The notes under the pieces were generated by a model. The model was not told the DNA's origin. It saw only the letters and a program-made list of their open reading frames with translations, and ran no database searches. From an uncultured delta proteobacterium (lineage in GTDB: Bacteria > Desulfobacterota > WTBG01 > CAIYCZ01), in the NCBI GenBank assembly GCA_963803975.1, contig CAWDOY010000005.1, positions 32,001 to 96,000 on the forward strand: 64,000 nt of DNA. The letters run 5' to 3'. Below are positions 10,770-21,576 of the stretch, one piece after another (the stretch's first letter is position 1; each line of letters begins with the position of its first letter). Both the position numbers and the translations under genes were made by a program.

Positions 10770-13700
10770 TTACTTACGATCCCACCCCTCTCTCCAGTAC
10801 ACCGTACCGCTCTTTACATTGACTGCCGGGATAACCGGAACTTCAACAATCACTCCGGTGCTCTGCTGGCCGTACAGGGTTCCTCCCGGTTGCTTGCCGG
10901 TGAGGATTCCAAGGGAAGAAGAAACCCCTGCACCCAGTTCCATTTTGTCAGCTATGTAGGTTTCCTGATTAAGCGCCGGGTTGACCAGTACGGATTTTTT
11001 ATACGCAGTACCCGTTTCAAAATAGAGTGCATAGAGCGTACTGCTTCCGATCGAAACGCATACCTCAGTATCCGGGGTAAACGCAGGGAAAAGTGCTATA
11101 CCGCCAAACACTGCGGGTTTATTGATCATGCGCTCTGACAGAGCACCTGGCGAAAGCAGTCTATACCAGCCGTCTTTTGCCTGTGCTTTTTCTATCAGCT
11201 CATCAAATGATATCTCTCCACCCCCTGGTAATTCAACCTTCCCATTTGCCTTGACTTTATAGTCGTCAGCAGGCAGGAGATTGTCCATGGTGAGCTTACA
11301 CGGCGCATTGTCGCCGTATTTATGGTAGCATTTTTTAACTTCACTTTTTTCATCATAGGTACTGTTGTAAAAGGGATCCTTAATGCCAAAAAGATAATTC
11401 TGCTGCTTGGCACTATCACTTTTAGGGTCCTTATCACCCGGAAATAAAAACTGACCGGTGCCTGCATAGACCCAGACATTATCCCTGGCATCAATGCTCA
11501 GCGCAAACGGCGCAGAGAACGGGGCCGGAGAATCAAACAGCGCTGTCCATGTCCAGGTGGCTGGATCAAGGCTATATGAGGCCTTGAGCCCTTCCGTATA
11601 GGTCGTGTTTTCTATTTTTACACCGATTTTATAAATTTTCCCCTTTCTGCTGCCGTCACTGTCAAGATACGATGCGCCCGACATACACAGCATCGACGCT
11701 ATAGTTAAGGGATTTGTCCAGGGATACCGGTGAATTCATGAAGGCATTATTTTCAACGGTCTCAAACCATCCGGGAAACTTTGCCGGGGTATATAATTCG
11801 CCGGATAATAAATCGACAATATACACACGCCCCGGTTGAAAGCTTGCGCCGGCATAATCGGTTGGCCCGGAACCAATAACGCAAAGCCATTTTTCATCTG
11901 CTGTTTTTCCCTCCGCTGTTTTCTTTGCCACCTTTATCACACCCGGGGTTGAGGTGGTAAACCCCAGCCCCGGAAAGCTCTTCTCCCACAACAATTTCGG
12001 ACGTGTCGGGTCAGTTACATCAAGGGCAAAATAGCTTGAGCTGAAGGTCCTGGTCTCTGTAGCTGTGCCGTTAAAGGCATTGGTTACCGCTATAGGGTAC
12101 CCTCCCATATTCATGCCGCCGATGATAATAGTGCCCCAGCCGTTGATATGCGTTGCATCAGGAGTAAAAATTTTCGCATCAGCTGCTTTCGGCTTTAAAT
12201 CAACATAGCTCAGGTGACTATAGTTGGGTAACGCGAGCCACTTCAGATGCGGCAGCAGGTTCCTGGGAATATATGCCCAGAGCTCCTCACCAATTCCAGC
12301 CGTGGCTCCCGGTGTAAATTTTTTCTCAGCAGAGTTATACTTCCCTGCGGCAAACGCGTGGAGCATTCCGTCATTGGCCCCCACATACACCACGGTTTCT
12401 CGAGGATTCGTAACCGTATAAAAATTGTAAAACTCCCGGTATGATTCATCATCATAGAGGAGGCCATACTGTTCCACTGGCTTGGATATGGTGACCGGCG
12501 TAGAGTACACGATATCACCCAGTTTCCACGGATGCGTCTCAGCACCGAGAGTAAAATCTTTTTTGCGCAGGGTCGGATTCCCGGTATAAGCGGGAGATTC
12601 ATCATTCACCCCGCGAATAAAGTTTATGATATTAGACACACGGTCCGCCTGAGCAGCCCCGAGGCTTTTGTAGGCACTGTCATCTGTAACATCCAGATAG
12701 GGCCGTAACGTTTCTGCTTTGTCAGTGGTGAAGGGGGTGAATTCCGTGCCGGTATCTGTATAGGTGAAAATCACCCGCTCCGAAGGGGAGCGTTTCCAGA
12801 GCTTGTTCCCGGCCTCCCAGATGGGCAGTATCTGTTCCAAGGGCAGGTACTCAGGGTCGCCCTTTTTCTGGTACGGGTTATTGTCGTCAATAGGGTAACG
12901 CTTTACTTTCGTATCCCCGGTTTTTGTATCATAAAAATATTCAATAATTCTATCCTCGGTAATACCCAGTGCCTTGTCCTGATTGGTATCCTCACGGATA
13001 TTACCATAGGAGTCTACCCACAGACACTGCAGGTATCCGGCCCAGGTGATATCATGCTCACCCTTCTCGTCAGTGACCCGCGGTTTAAAATAGGCCTGCA
13101 CCACGGTTCCCTCTCCTTCACCCTTGGCGGCAAACACCGACACCGCAGAACCCGAGGCTGATTTTCCGATCATAGCAGCAAAAGACTTGTTAAGCTGCTC
13201 GTCGAGTTTAAGCGGGTTGACTACATAAAAGTAATTGTCAGGCACCCCGTCACTATCCGCGTCCCATTCACGGGGATCATCGGGGATGTTGTTGTTATTA
13301 ATATCGTCAAATCCGCCCCACTTTGCTGCATACCAGAGCGGGGGCTGCAGGATGTTTGCCCCGGAATTTGTCCCCGGAGTAAAGGTCTTGGTGTAAATAA
13401 GCGGCAGCGCACTGTCCGGATGCTGCGGGGTATCAAGATAGTAATTCACATCCGATCCCGCATCAGTATCCACATCCCGCACTACCAGGTAGGTGCCGTC
13501 TTCAGTAGTACCTGATAGTATGAATCCCATGTGCTGGATGATGCAGCTTGACGCAAATTCAGAGGAATCAACAGTAATGATTACGGTATTGCCGGTCACC
13601 TGGTACGTATAAGAGGCAATGGCATCCATGTCATAGTCTGCGCCCTGTTCCTGGTCTTCAAAATTAATGCGAAAACGGCCATAATCAGACGCAAGGGATT

Positions 13701-15969
13701 CAACATATAAATGTACGATCTGATTCGTGGGCTGAAAAGCTCCCGGTGCGCCATTAATTCCCCGACAGCCGCCAACTGACTTGGCAAATGGAACCAGGGT
13801 TATGGTTTTGCCGCCGACCGGGATTTCAATTCTCGGAAGAGGAGAAGACAGGCCAACTACATATGCTGTTACCTTCTGCTCTTTATCCGCCGGGTTCAGG
13901 TCAGTTGTGTGTCCGTAATATGCCGCAGCAGCAGAATAAAACCCGCCCTGTTTGGTCGGCTCTTCAGGACAGAGCCCCCGGACATCTCCAAAGCTGCTTA
14001 CATTTTTGGGGGTGCACGCCCCATTGTTGGATGAGCCTGCCTGCCCGATAAAATAAGAGCCGGCGATGCCTTCCGCGATGCTGATTTTGCTGGCAACTTC
14101 CTGCGCGCTGAAACCGCTTAAATCACCGGTAAAGGAATTGAAAGCACTTCCCGGTACCTGATCGGTATCGTAATTCGGCGCTATATCACTCAGGACCAGC
14201 ATGAACGGCTTGGCGCAATAACCGAATCCATTCACCGTGTCATACGGGTCATTCCATGCGGGCTGTGCAAGCCCCAGGGTGCTGTCATCAGTTGTCCCTG
14301 AATAATCAAAAGCAGGGGTAGGCGCTTTTTTGCCGGAAAAATACCGCAGCGCTTCATACATCATCTCACCGATGGGGTTTCCCCACATGCGGCACTCGCC
14401 TTCCTGCAAGGGTCGGCTGGATATCCATCCGCAGTTTTGATTATAGGAGTTATCCGTGTAGCTATAACCAAAGATCCGCATTTTATTGATCGTCTGAATA
14501 ATACCATTTACCGTTGTCAACTGGCCGGACCTGGGATCAATTTCATCTTTAATTGACCCTATGTTTTTTCGCAACACCCCTCCTGATAAATTTTTCGCAT
14601 CGGTGCCGGTTGTGAGGCCGAAATACATCCGGTCAGACTCGCCGTACCGATGCAGAAGCCCGGTTGGTTTATATGCTCCGGAGGGGTATTTCTTACAGTT
14701 GGGCTCAGGCATCGAAGCTACACCCACCTGCACCCTTACTGCGTAATCTGTCATTGTCGAGGCGGGCACCGTTTTCTCCCAATAGAGAAAATAGCTGCTT
14801 GATCCGGTTTGCTGCTGCTGGCGAAAGATAATAGTGTGCGTGCCGGCGGTAAGAGCAATGCTGCCGATATGGGTCTTACACGAGCAGCTGGTGTGTGTTT
14901 CGTACCAGCCGGTGACCACTGTTCCGTCAATAATAAGTTCAACCGCGTCGTCCCCATCCACCGCAAAAGTCCAGGTGCCGTTTGAGGGGATTACAATCTG
15001 CCCCTCAAAAACAGTCAAATAATAATTCTGCTGGGCACTGAACGGATTGCCGTTGCCGTTTATGTCTGCAGCAGGGGCAGAACCGATCCGTTGCGCCGCT
15101 GTTGCATAGGTGGCGGCCAGTGTCTCATAAGCCCCATGATTTGCCGGGGAGGTGGTATAGCCGGCAGTATCATAAATAGTTTGCGTCAAATTTTGAAAAG
15201 CGCTTTGCGGAACAATCTCCCATAGGGGGCCCGCAGCATGAGCGCAGTTCGGGCCGCTTACCCCATTACGGCATTTCGTCCCCCCGTTTATCTTCTCAAT
15301 GGAAACCCATTCCCATATCCGGTAGCTGCTGTTATCAAGCACGCGCAAAAGCGGGGTCCCGTTATCGCTCAGGGTGGTGTTTGCAAAAAGGTGCCGGGTG
15401 CCCTGCACCGGGAGGTCGAGCGGCGTATACTGCCGGATGTCGTAGCCATCATGTTCTATGCTTGCATATTCTTTTCCCCAGGTATGCGCATCTTGGGGAA
15501 TATAGGCCCGCTGTAATACTGTTGCAGAAGTTGTATCAGTAGCCCGATACCCGCCATATAAAACTTTTCGCAGGCAATCCATGCGCGACATGGTCAGGTA
15601 ATTGAGAAAATCGCCGCTCCAGTGTCCTGAGCATTTTTTATTGCTGGTCGCGGCTATTGGCTCGAAACGGCTGTTAGCGCTGCTGTAGTCATAGCACTTA
15701 TAACTATCAAAATAGCCGTAGTAGTCAATGGCGGGGTTATACCCGACATCCAGAACGCCGTCGCCGTTAAGATCAGAGGCATCATTGTATGCTTCATAAT
15801 AGAGCTTGTGATCCCGCTCCATGACCAGCATCACCAGCGGCGGCACATCCCCGCTTAAGAAAATCGGGGATGGTTGACTGGGAGGAGTAGTAGCACCAAT
15901 ACCCTCCGAGCATACACAGACGATAGTGAAGCCAACCCACAGTAGATACGCCAACAGGTGTTTTGTCAT
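10770..15969 (-). CDS. pilY1: PilY1/PilC-type pilus tip adhesin, copy 2 (PA14 domain). One apparent frameshift near 11680.
   Basis: ORF 11662-16092 (likely start MTKHLLAYLL at 15969, signal peptide) plus ORF 10770-11693. YVGANDGMLHAF, ELWAYIP, KSGTVYWRE C-terminus as in copy 1. Confidence 0.9.
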
Positions 15970-16021
15970 GGTAGCCCGTGCTCCTTGGTGCAGGTATTTA
16001 CCGTCATGCAGGTATGGTGCA

Positions 16022-16723
16022 TCAGCGCGGTATAAACCCGTAGCCGACAATAACTTCTGAAAATGGGGTCGCGGGGTCTGTTCCCCCTCCATCCAGGCGA
16101 AGCTTTCTCGAAAATGTATTTTGTTTAGCGTCCCATGCTGGCAGGGTTCCGAGGCAATCCATATTATAAATAATTTTATGCATGCTCACTCCCATGCCCT
16201 CACTTCCCGAGGCAAACTCCACGCCGCCTCCGGCAATATATTTTACATCTATTTTATCCACATCCACATCAATGTTGAACCGGTCTTTGACTCGAATTTC
16301 TATGTCAGCTGCCTTCTCAACGCTGTCACGCTGTTTATTCTTATTCCAGACGCCGGACCCGGCAGGATAATCCTCTCTTCCTTCTAACAGCACGTTACCA
16401 TCTTTAATAGTTATGGTTTCGTTTTCGCCCAGGCTTGCCATAATCTCATTGTCTTCCCAAATGCCATATCCCTCTTTATTCCGTATAGCCTCGGCACCAA
16501 ACACATAGCCCGCCTCTGCCTGGTAAACGGTCTGCTTGTGGGCCCGTTCGTTGCCTGCAATATCAACCTCCGTGGTACTGGTCAGCATCGCGGCAACACC
16601 GATTATGCTGCATATGGACAGCATAAACATGGTAAGCACCAGTATAAAGCCTTGTTCACCGTACAGCAGAGCATGGTTATGCTTCATGGATGCGGTCCTC
16701 TTACTACATTGTTTTTTATTCAT
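16022..16723 (-). CDS. pilX: Type IV minor pilin PilX-like, copy 2
   Basis: QG|FILVLTMFML...IAGNERAHKQTVYQAEAG. Paralog of 7798-8454. Confidence 0.85.
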   Translation of the reverse strand: MNKKQCSKRTASMKHNHALLYGEQGFILVLTMFMLSICSIIGVAAMLTSTTEVDIAGNERAHKQTVYQAEAGYVFGAEAIRNKEGYGIWEDNEIMASLGENETITIKDGNVLLEGREDYPAGSGVWNKNKQRDSVEKAADIEIRVKDRFNIDVDVDKIDVKYIAGGGVEFASGSEGMGVSMHKIIYNMDCLGTLPAWDAKQNTFSRKLRLDGGGTDPATPFSEVIVGYGFIPR

Positions 16724-16725
16724 AG

Positions 16726-17274
16726 TTACATGGCGGGGGAAACCAGAAAAATTAACGAAACCGCGCGTCCGCCTTCCATGGTCTCTACTCTGATGGTGGT
16801 TGTATTCTCCAGTGGGGAATTTGCGTCTATGTACCAGGTCACGCTGTAGCTTTTTCCCGGCAGTTTCGGCAGCTGGGAATCATCAAAACGCTCAGCGTTA
16901 GGCGGCCTAAGTCCCCATGCCTGCAAATCATTCTTTAGTGCTTCCCTATCATTACACACCAGTGTCTTGCGGGTTAAACTTCCAACTGCGGGATTTTTAT
17001 CAAGGGCTGCAAGCCGCTCGTATCCGTTATAGTTATCACCGCCGATTTTATAGTTCTGCCTGCTGAAATTAATAAGCCATTCCATCCACTCTTCTGCCAC
17101 CGAGGTTTTCTCTGTCAACACACCGGCAAAATAATTGCTGTGAATCGCCTTGGTCTGCATTGCCGCAACGCCCAAAAGCCCGATTGCCAGAACTGCAATG
17201 GAAACGATCACCTCCAGAATGGTAAAGCCTGATTCATTGAACTGTTTCATGGCAGTACTCCTGCATGTAACCAT
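16726..17274 (-). CDS. pilV: Type IV minor pilin PilV-like, copy 2 (start may be the downstream MKQFNE)
   Basis: SG|FTILEVIVSIAVLAIGLLGVAAMQ. Confidence 0.85.
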   Translation of the reverse strand: MVTCRSTAMKQFNESGFTILEVIVSIAVLAIGLLGVAAMQTKAIHSNYFAGVLTEKTSVAEEWMEWLINFSRQNYKIGGDNYNGYERLAALDKNPAVGSLTRKTLVCNDREALKNDLQAWGLRPPNAERFDDSQLPKLPGKSYSVTWYIDANSPLENTTTIRVETMEGGRAVSLIFLVSPAM

Positions 17275-17299
17275 GGGTTTTCCGCATATGGCGCTGTCA

Positions 17300-18016
17300 T
17301 CATTTCAAGCCCAGATTTCTGCATCGAATGTTAGTGATCAGCAGCTTGCGCCGGAATCCGTCATTAAACGGGCCCCACACCGTATTTTCTTTACCGGTTT
17401 CATCTTTCGAGTATGAGGCAGGGAGATACCGGATCGTATCAGTATGCCCTTTTATCGGGTATTGCGTGCGCACCAGCAGCGATACATCAACTGATCGAAC
17501 ATCTGCGGGATTTGCAGGGTCCGTTGCAGTGGTACCATCCGCAAGATGGTAAAAAAACTCCAGCGCTTCAACATTTTCAGCTAACGGTTGTAAGCCGCCG
17601 GAACCGTCTTCCCGTCCTACATTGCAGGGGAACGTGTCTGCACGGCCATCCTTATTTGCATCCTTTGATAAAGCATAGCGGATTATTTCTTTACTGATAA
17701 TCTTGCCATCTCTATCCTCATCAACTGCAAATTTAAACTCGGCTTTTTTTACTGAGTTTGCTTTATGCGCGGCAGCCCCGGCCTTTTCCGTTGGATCATA
17801 TCCCGCCATTTTGATGCCGCGGGTTAAAAAATAGATACCTGCCCGCAGGTTCTGCTGCATATCAGCAACCTGTTCCTGAATAAGGTATGAGTCCTGCTGG
17901 TGCTGATACGTTGCGTAGATGGCTGCAGAGGCAATCCCAAAAATAGCTATTGCTATCATTAACTCGAGAAGGGTAAAACCCCTGCTGCATGAATGTGAGG
18001 GAAGCAGCTTGCTCAT
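17300..18016 (-). CDS. pilW: Type IV minor pilin PilW-like, copy 2
   Basis: RG|FTLLELMIAIAI...QEQVADMQQNLRAG...IRCRN. Confidence 0.85.
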   Translation of the reverse strand: MSKLLPSHSCSRGFTLLELMIAIAIFGIASAAIYATYQHQQDSYLIQEQVADMQQNLRAGIYFLTRGIKMAGYDPTEKAGAAAHKANSVKKAEFKFAVDEDRDGKIISKEIIRYALSKDANKDGRADTFPCNVGREDGSGGLQPLAENVEALEFFYHLADGTTATDPANPADVRSVDVSLLVRTQYPIKGHTDTIRYLPASYSKDETGKENTVWGPFNDGFRRKLLITNIRCRNLGLK

Positions 18017-18086
18017 GTTGCTTTAGTCTGTCTTTTTAATATAAAATAGTCGGGTGCTGACACATGCTACTGTGTATGGGCCTATT

Positions 18087-18581
18087 TCATTTCCAGTCAT
18101 TGCCTGCCCATTGACTCATCATTATACTGCCGGAAGTTGTTGCCCTAATAGCATATGCCTGCCCTTTTGCATTCTGCAGGTAAACATAGCCACTACCACC
18201 GCTAAAACCCTGGGTAGTAAAAGTCACTTTATCATCAACAAATGATATACCGTCAGATGGTAAAGATGCTGCACTTCCCGCCGGCTTCGTTGCATTTCCA
18301 TGTCCAAAAGAGATACCGTCAGGCAACTCCGCAGGGGTGCCGCCATCTATAGAGTAGGTTTTAGTAGCAGCATTGAATTCTATACTCACGCTGCGGTTCT
18401 GTTTGACGGCAAGGGAGCGGGCTTTGCGCATATTGGAGCATAAATCTTTGGCACTACTCTTAAGCCGGTAACCGGGGAGCGCGGTTACAAGGGTTGGCAC
18501 TGCAATCATTCCCATGATACCTATAACAGCAACCACCACCATCAATTCTGTGAGACTAAAACCACGTTGATTTTTAATCAT
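18087..18581 (-). CDS. fimU: FimU/FimT/GspH-family minor pilin, copy 2
   Basis: RG|FSLTELMVVV...ARSLAVKQNR. Same length (164 aa) as copy 1. Confidence 0.82.
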   Translation of the reverse strand: MIKNQRGFSLTELMVVVAVIGIMGMIAVPTLVTALPGYRLKSSAKDLCSNMRKARSLAVKQNRSVSIEFNAATKTYSIDGGTPAELPDGISFGHGNATKPAGSAASLPSDGISFVDDKVTFTTQGFSGGSGYVYLQNAKGQAYAIRATTSGSIMMSQWAGNDWK

Positions 18582-18623
18582 TTATTATAATCCCTTCTAT
18601 GTTAATTATAGGTAATATTTAAA

Positions 18624-18639
18624 GGCACAAAACATTCCT
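18624..18639 (-). promoter_or_regulatory. Putative sigma54 (-24/-12) promoter of minor pilin cassette 2
   Basis: Minus strand AGGAATGTTTTGTGCC (GG-N10-GC), 44 nt upstream of the fimU-2 start, with an AT-rich upstream region. Confidence 0.58.
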
Positions 18640-19077
18640 TTAGTTAAAAAACTATTACTAAATAATTTTATTATTTCAATGTCTCGATTTAACTTTTATT
18701 ATTATATTCAGGAGAAATAATTATAAACACTGTCTGTTATAAGGTTAACCAGGATTATATAAAAACAATTAATAAAATTCTATAGTTATTTTAGGATTTT
18801 GCTTGGCATCGTCTCAATACCCATTAATAAAGCAATGAGCACTACGTAATTTATTATAATTTCTTGACACTGGAAATGAGCTATGTTAATTTTTTTTCAC
18901 GACCTTGGTCATATAAAAATATCTTCATCCTGCCCCCCTAAACAGTAACCACAAAATCATTTTGGTACCTTAGTGCCCATACTATATCCTGTCAGGTGTC
19001 AGGAAATAAATCTAAACATATTTCCCTGGACAGGATTTAGAGTCACAGAAATTGATTGATTTGCTAATGAGGCTGCC

Positions 19078-20253
19078 ATGAGAGATATTGTTATTGTTAG
19101 TGCTGTACGAACACCGATTGGGAATTTTGACGGTGCCTTAAAAGAACTTTCTGCGTTAGACCTGGGAAGTATTGCAATAAAAGAAGCGGTAAAGCGGGCC
19201 GGTATTGATCCTGCAGACGTTGATGAGGTTATCATGGGCAACGTGCTGCCTTCCGGCTTGGGCCAGAATCCTGCCCGCCAGGCAATGATTCGCGCTTGCC
19301 TGCCCATGACAGCAGGAGCCCTCACGGTCAATAAAGTCTGCGGCTCAGGGCTCAAAGCCGTAATGCTTGCAGCACAGGCTATTGCCTGCGGCGATGCTGA
19401 AGTGGTTGTGGCCGGCGGCATGGAGAGCATGAACAATGCCCCCTATTATCTGGAAAAAGCCCGCTTCGGTTACCGGATGGGAAACAGCCCCCTGATTGAC
19501 GGGATGGTACACGACGGGCTGCTTGATATAGTTAATAATTATCACATGGGTTATACCGCTGAACTGGTGGCCAAAAAATTTGCTGTCAGCCGGGACGATA
19601 TGGACCGGTTCGCCTTCCTCTCCAACAAGAGAGCCATGGAAAGCATTAATACCGGACTGTTTCAGGAAGAGATTATTCCGCTGACGGTCAAAAAAAAGGG
19701 TGGTGAATCTGTCGTGGATACCGACGAAGGCCCCCGGGCAACAACCATGGAAATTCTGGCAGCCTTAAAACCGGCTTTTAATAAAGACGGTGTAGTGACC
19801 GCCGGAAATGCTTCTAAGATAAGCGATGGCGCTGCCGCCATGGTGCTCATGGAGCGGGAAAAAGCCCGGTCACTCGGCATCCAGCCCATGGCACGGGTTG
19901 GGGCTCAGGGAGCAGCGGGCGTACCATTGGAAGACGTGCTGGTCGCGCCGATAGCATCAATCCCCAAGGTCTTGAAAAAAGCGCGGCTGACAATCGGCGA
20001 TATTGATCTCCATGAAGTTAATGAGGCCTTTGCTGCCTCAACCATTGCCGTTATGAGGGAACTGGGCATCCCCGAAGAAAAACTGAATGTGCACGGCGGG
20101 GCCATTGCCCTCGGCCATCCCATCGGAGCAAGCGGCGCCCGGGTGCTGGTGACGCTGCTCTACGCCATGAAAAAACGCAATGCCCGGCGCGCAATGGCAT
20201 CGCTCTGCCTGGGTGGCGCCGAAGCAGTGAGCCTTATCGTGGAACAGGAGTAA
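19078..20253 (+). CDS. atoB: Acetyl-CoA C-acetyltransferase (thiolase)
   Basis: [10 protein letters not shown] (catalytic Cys), [24 protein letters not shown]. Confidence 0.93.
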   Translation: MRDIVIVSAVRTPIGNFDGALKELSALDLGSIAIKEAVKRAGIDPADVDEVIMGNVLPSGLGQNPARQAMIRACLPMTAGALTVNKVCGSGLKAVMLAAQAIACGDAEVVVAGGMESMNNAPYYLEKARFGYRMGNSPLIDGMVHDGLLDIVNNYHMGYTAELVAKKFAVSRDDMDRFAFLSNKRAMESINTGLFQEEIIPLTVKKKGGESVVDTDEGPRATTMEILAALKPAFNKDGVVTAGNASKISDGAAAMVLMEREKARSLGIQPMARVGAQGAAGVPLEDVLVAPIASIPKVLKKARLTIGDIDLHEVNEAFAASTIAVMRELGIPEEKLNVHGGAIALGHPIGASGARVLVTLLYAMKKRNARRAMASLCLGGAEAVSLIVEQE

Positions 20254-20259
20254 CCGGTA

Positions 20260-21039
20260 ATGCAGTACCATAACTTATTAGTTGAGATTAAAGACACCAT
20301 CGCTATTGTCACCTTTAATCGCCCTGCAGTGCTCAATGCCATGAATACTGAAACGGTCACTGAGCTCGGAGATGCGGTAACGGCATTAGAGGGAAATGCA
20401 CAGGTGCGCGTTATTATCCTTACCGGTACCGGGAAGGCTTTTGTAGCAGGTGCTGACATTGCGGAAATGAGCACCAAGACACCGGCGCAGGCGCGCGCCT
20501 ATTCTGAACTCGGACACCGGGTCATGAATACCATCCAGACCCTGAAAAAACCGGTTATTGCCGCGGTCAACGGCTACGCCCTGGGCGGCGGTACTGAAGT
20601 GGTGCTGAGCTGTGATATCTGCATAGCTTCGGAACTGGCTAAATTCGGGCTGCCGGAGACAATCCTTGGGATCATCCCCGGCTGGGGAGCAACACAACGG
20701 GCCGCCCGCCTCATAGGAGCTGCTCATACAAAAGAGCTGATTTTCACCGGTGAGCTTATCGACGCGCGCAAAGCCTGTGAGATCGGTCTCATCAACCGGG
20801 TAGTCCCCCATGAGCAGCTCATGGACGCTGTCATGCTGTTAGCACAAAAACTAGGCGAACAAAGTCCACTGGCATTGTCCATGGCAAAAAAAATCATCCA
20901 TGAAGGCCTGGATCAAAGCCTGTCCGGGGGATGCAGGCTGGAGACAGAAGTTTTCTGCAGCTTGTTTGGCACTGATGATCAGAAGGAAGGGATGAAGGCG
21001 TTTCTGGAAAAACGAAAACCGCAGTTTTCGGGAAGATGA
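20260..21039 (+). CDS. crt: Enoyl-CoA hydratase / crotonase
   Basis: AFVAGADI, AVNGYALGGGTE, GLPETILGIIPGWG, EGMKAFLEKRKP. Confidence 0.9.
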   Translation: MQYHNLLVEIKDTIAIVTFNRPAVLNAMNTETVTELGDAVTALEGNAQVRVIILTGTGKAFVAGADIAEMSTKTPAQARAYSELGHRVMNTIQTLKKPVIAAVNGYALGGGTEVVLSCDICIASELAKFGLPETILGIIPGWGATQRAARLIGAAHTKELIFTGELIDARKACEIGLINRVVPHEQLMDAVMLLAQKLGEQSPLALSMAKKIIHEGLDQSLSGGCRLETEVFCSLFGTDDQKEGMKAFLEKRKPQFSGR

Positions 21040-21060
21040 AAATCATATAAGGAGTACGCT

Positions 21061-21546
21061 ATGCATGCAGATGATGACGAGAGGGAGCGACCGAGCTGGC
21101 GGGACCGTGACCGGAAAAAAGACCGCAGCAGGCATCTGTCCCAGGACCAGCCGGCATACCGGCCAAAGTCAGCAAAAGCAGTGTGGGCGCAGAAACAGTA
21201 TCTCAAGGAAGTAGAAAACCTTTTCAAGGGGAAAAAGGCTTCCAAGGAGCATGCTGTCGCCCATGAAGAAATACACAAGTGTGCGGGAACAAAAAAATTC
21301 AATACTGCGGTTAAAAAATACCTTGCCGAGTATGATCTGCCGGATGACTGGAGCACGCTGTTCATCCTGCTGGACTATAAAGACCTTACGGTTGTCACGC
21401 GGGCTATTGCCGTTCTGAAGGATATGGCTCATGATGAGCCGCTCAATATACAGGAGGGCCTTAAAAGCAAACTGCGGATCATTGCTATGACCACTGCAGA
21501 CAGTGACCTGAGGGAATCTGCCGAAGAGGCGTTACAGGCTTTATGA
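21061..21546 (+). CDS. Hypothetical helical protein
   Basis: RBS AAGGAG, 161 aa, in operon with crt, no recognised motif. Confidence 0.7.
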   Translation: MHADDDERERPSWRDRDRKKDRSRHLSQDQPAYRPKSAKAVWAQKQYLKEVENLFKGKKASKEHAVAHEEIHKCAGTKKFNTAVKKYLAEYDLPDDWSTLFILLDYKDLTVVTRAIAVLKDMAHDEPLNIQEGLKSKLRIIAMTTADSDLRESAEEALQAL

Positions 21547-21576
21547 ACGGCCGGGCAGGACCGCAGTATGCGTGCA

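Noticed and set aside
7366..15846. Near-identical repeat pair as a DGR template/variable repeat
   Set aside because: The five mismatches are not adenine-specific on one strand, both copies lie in paralogous coding frames, and no reverse transcriptase is present in the window.
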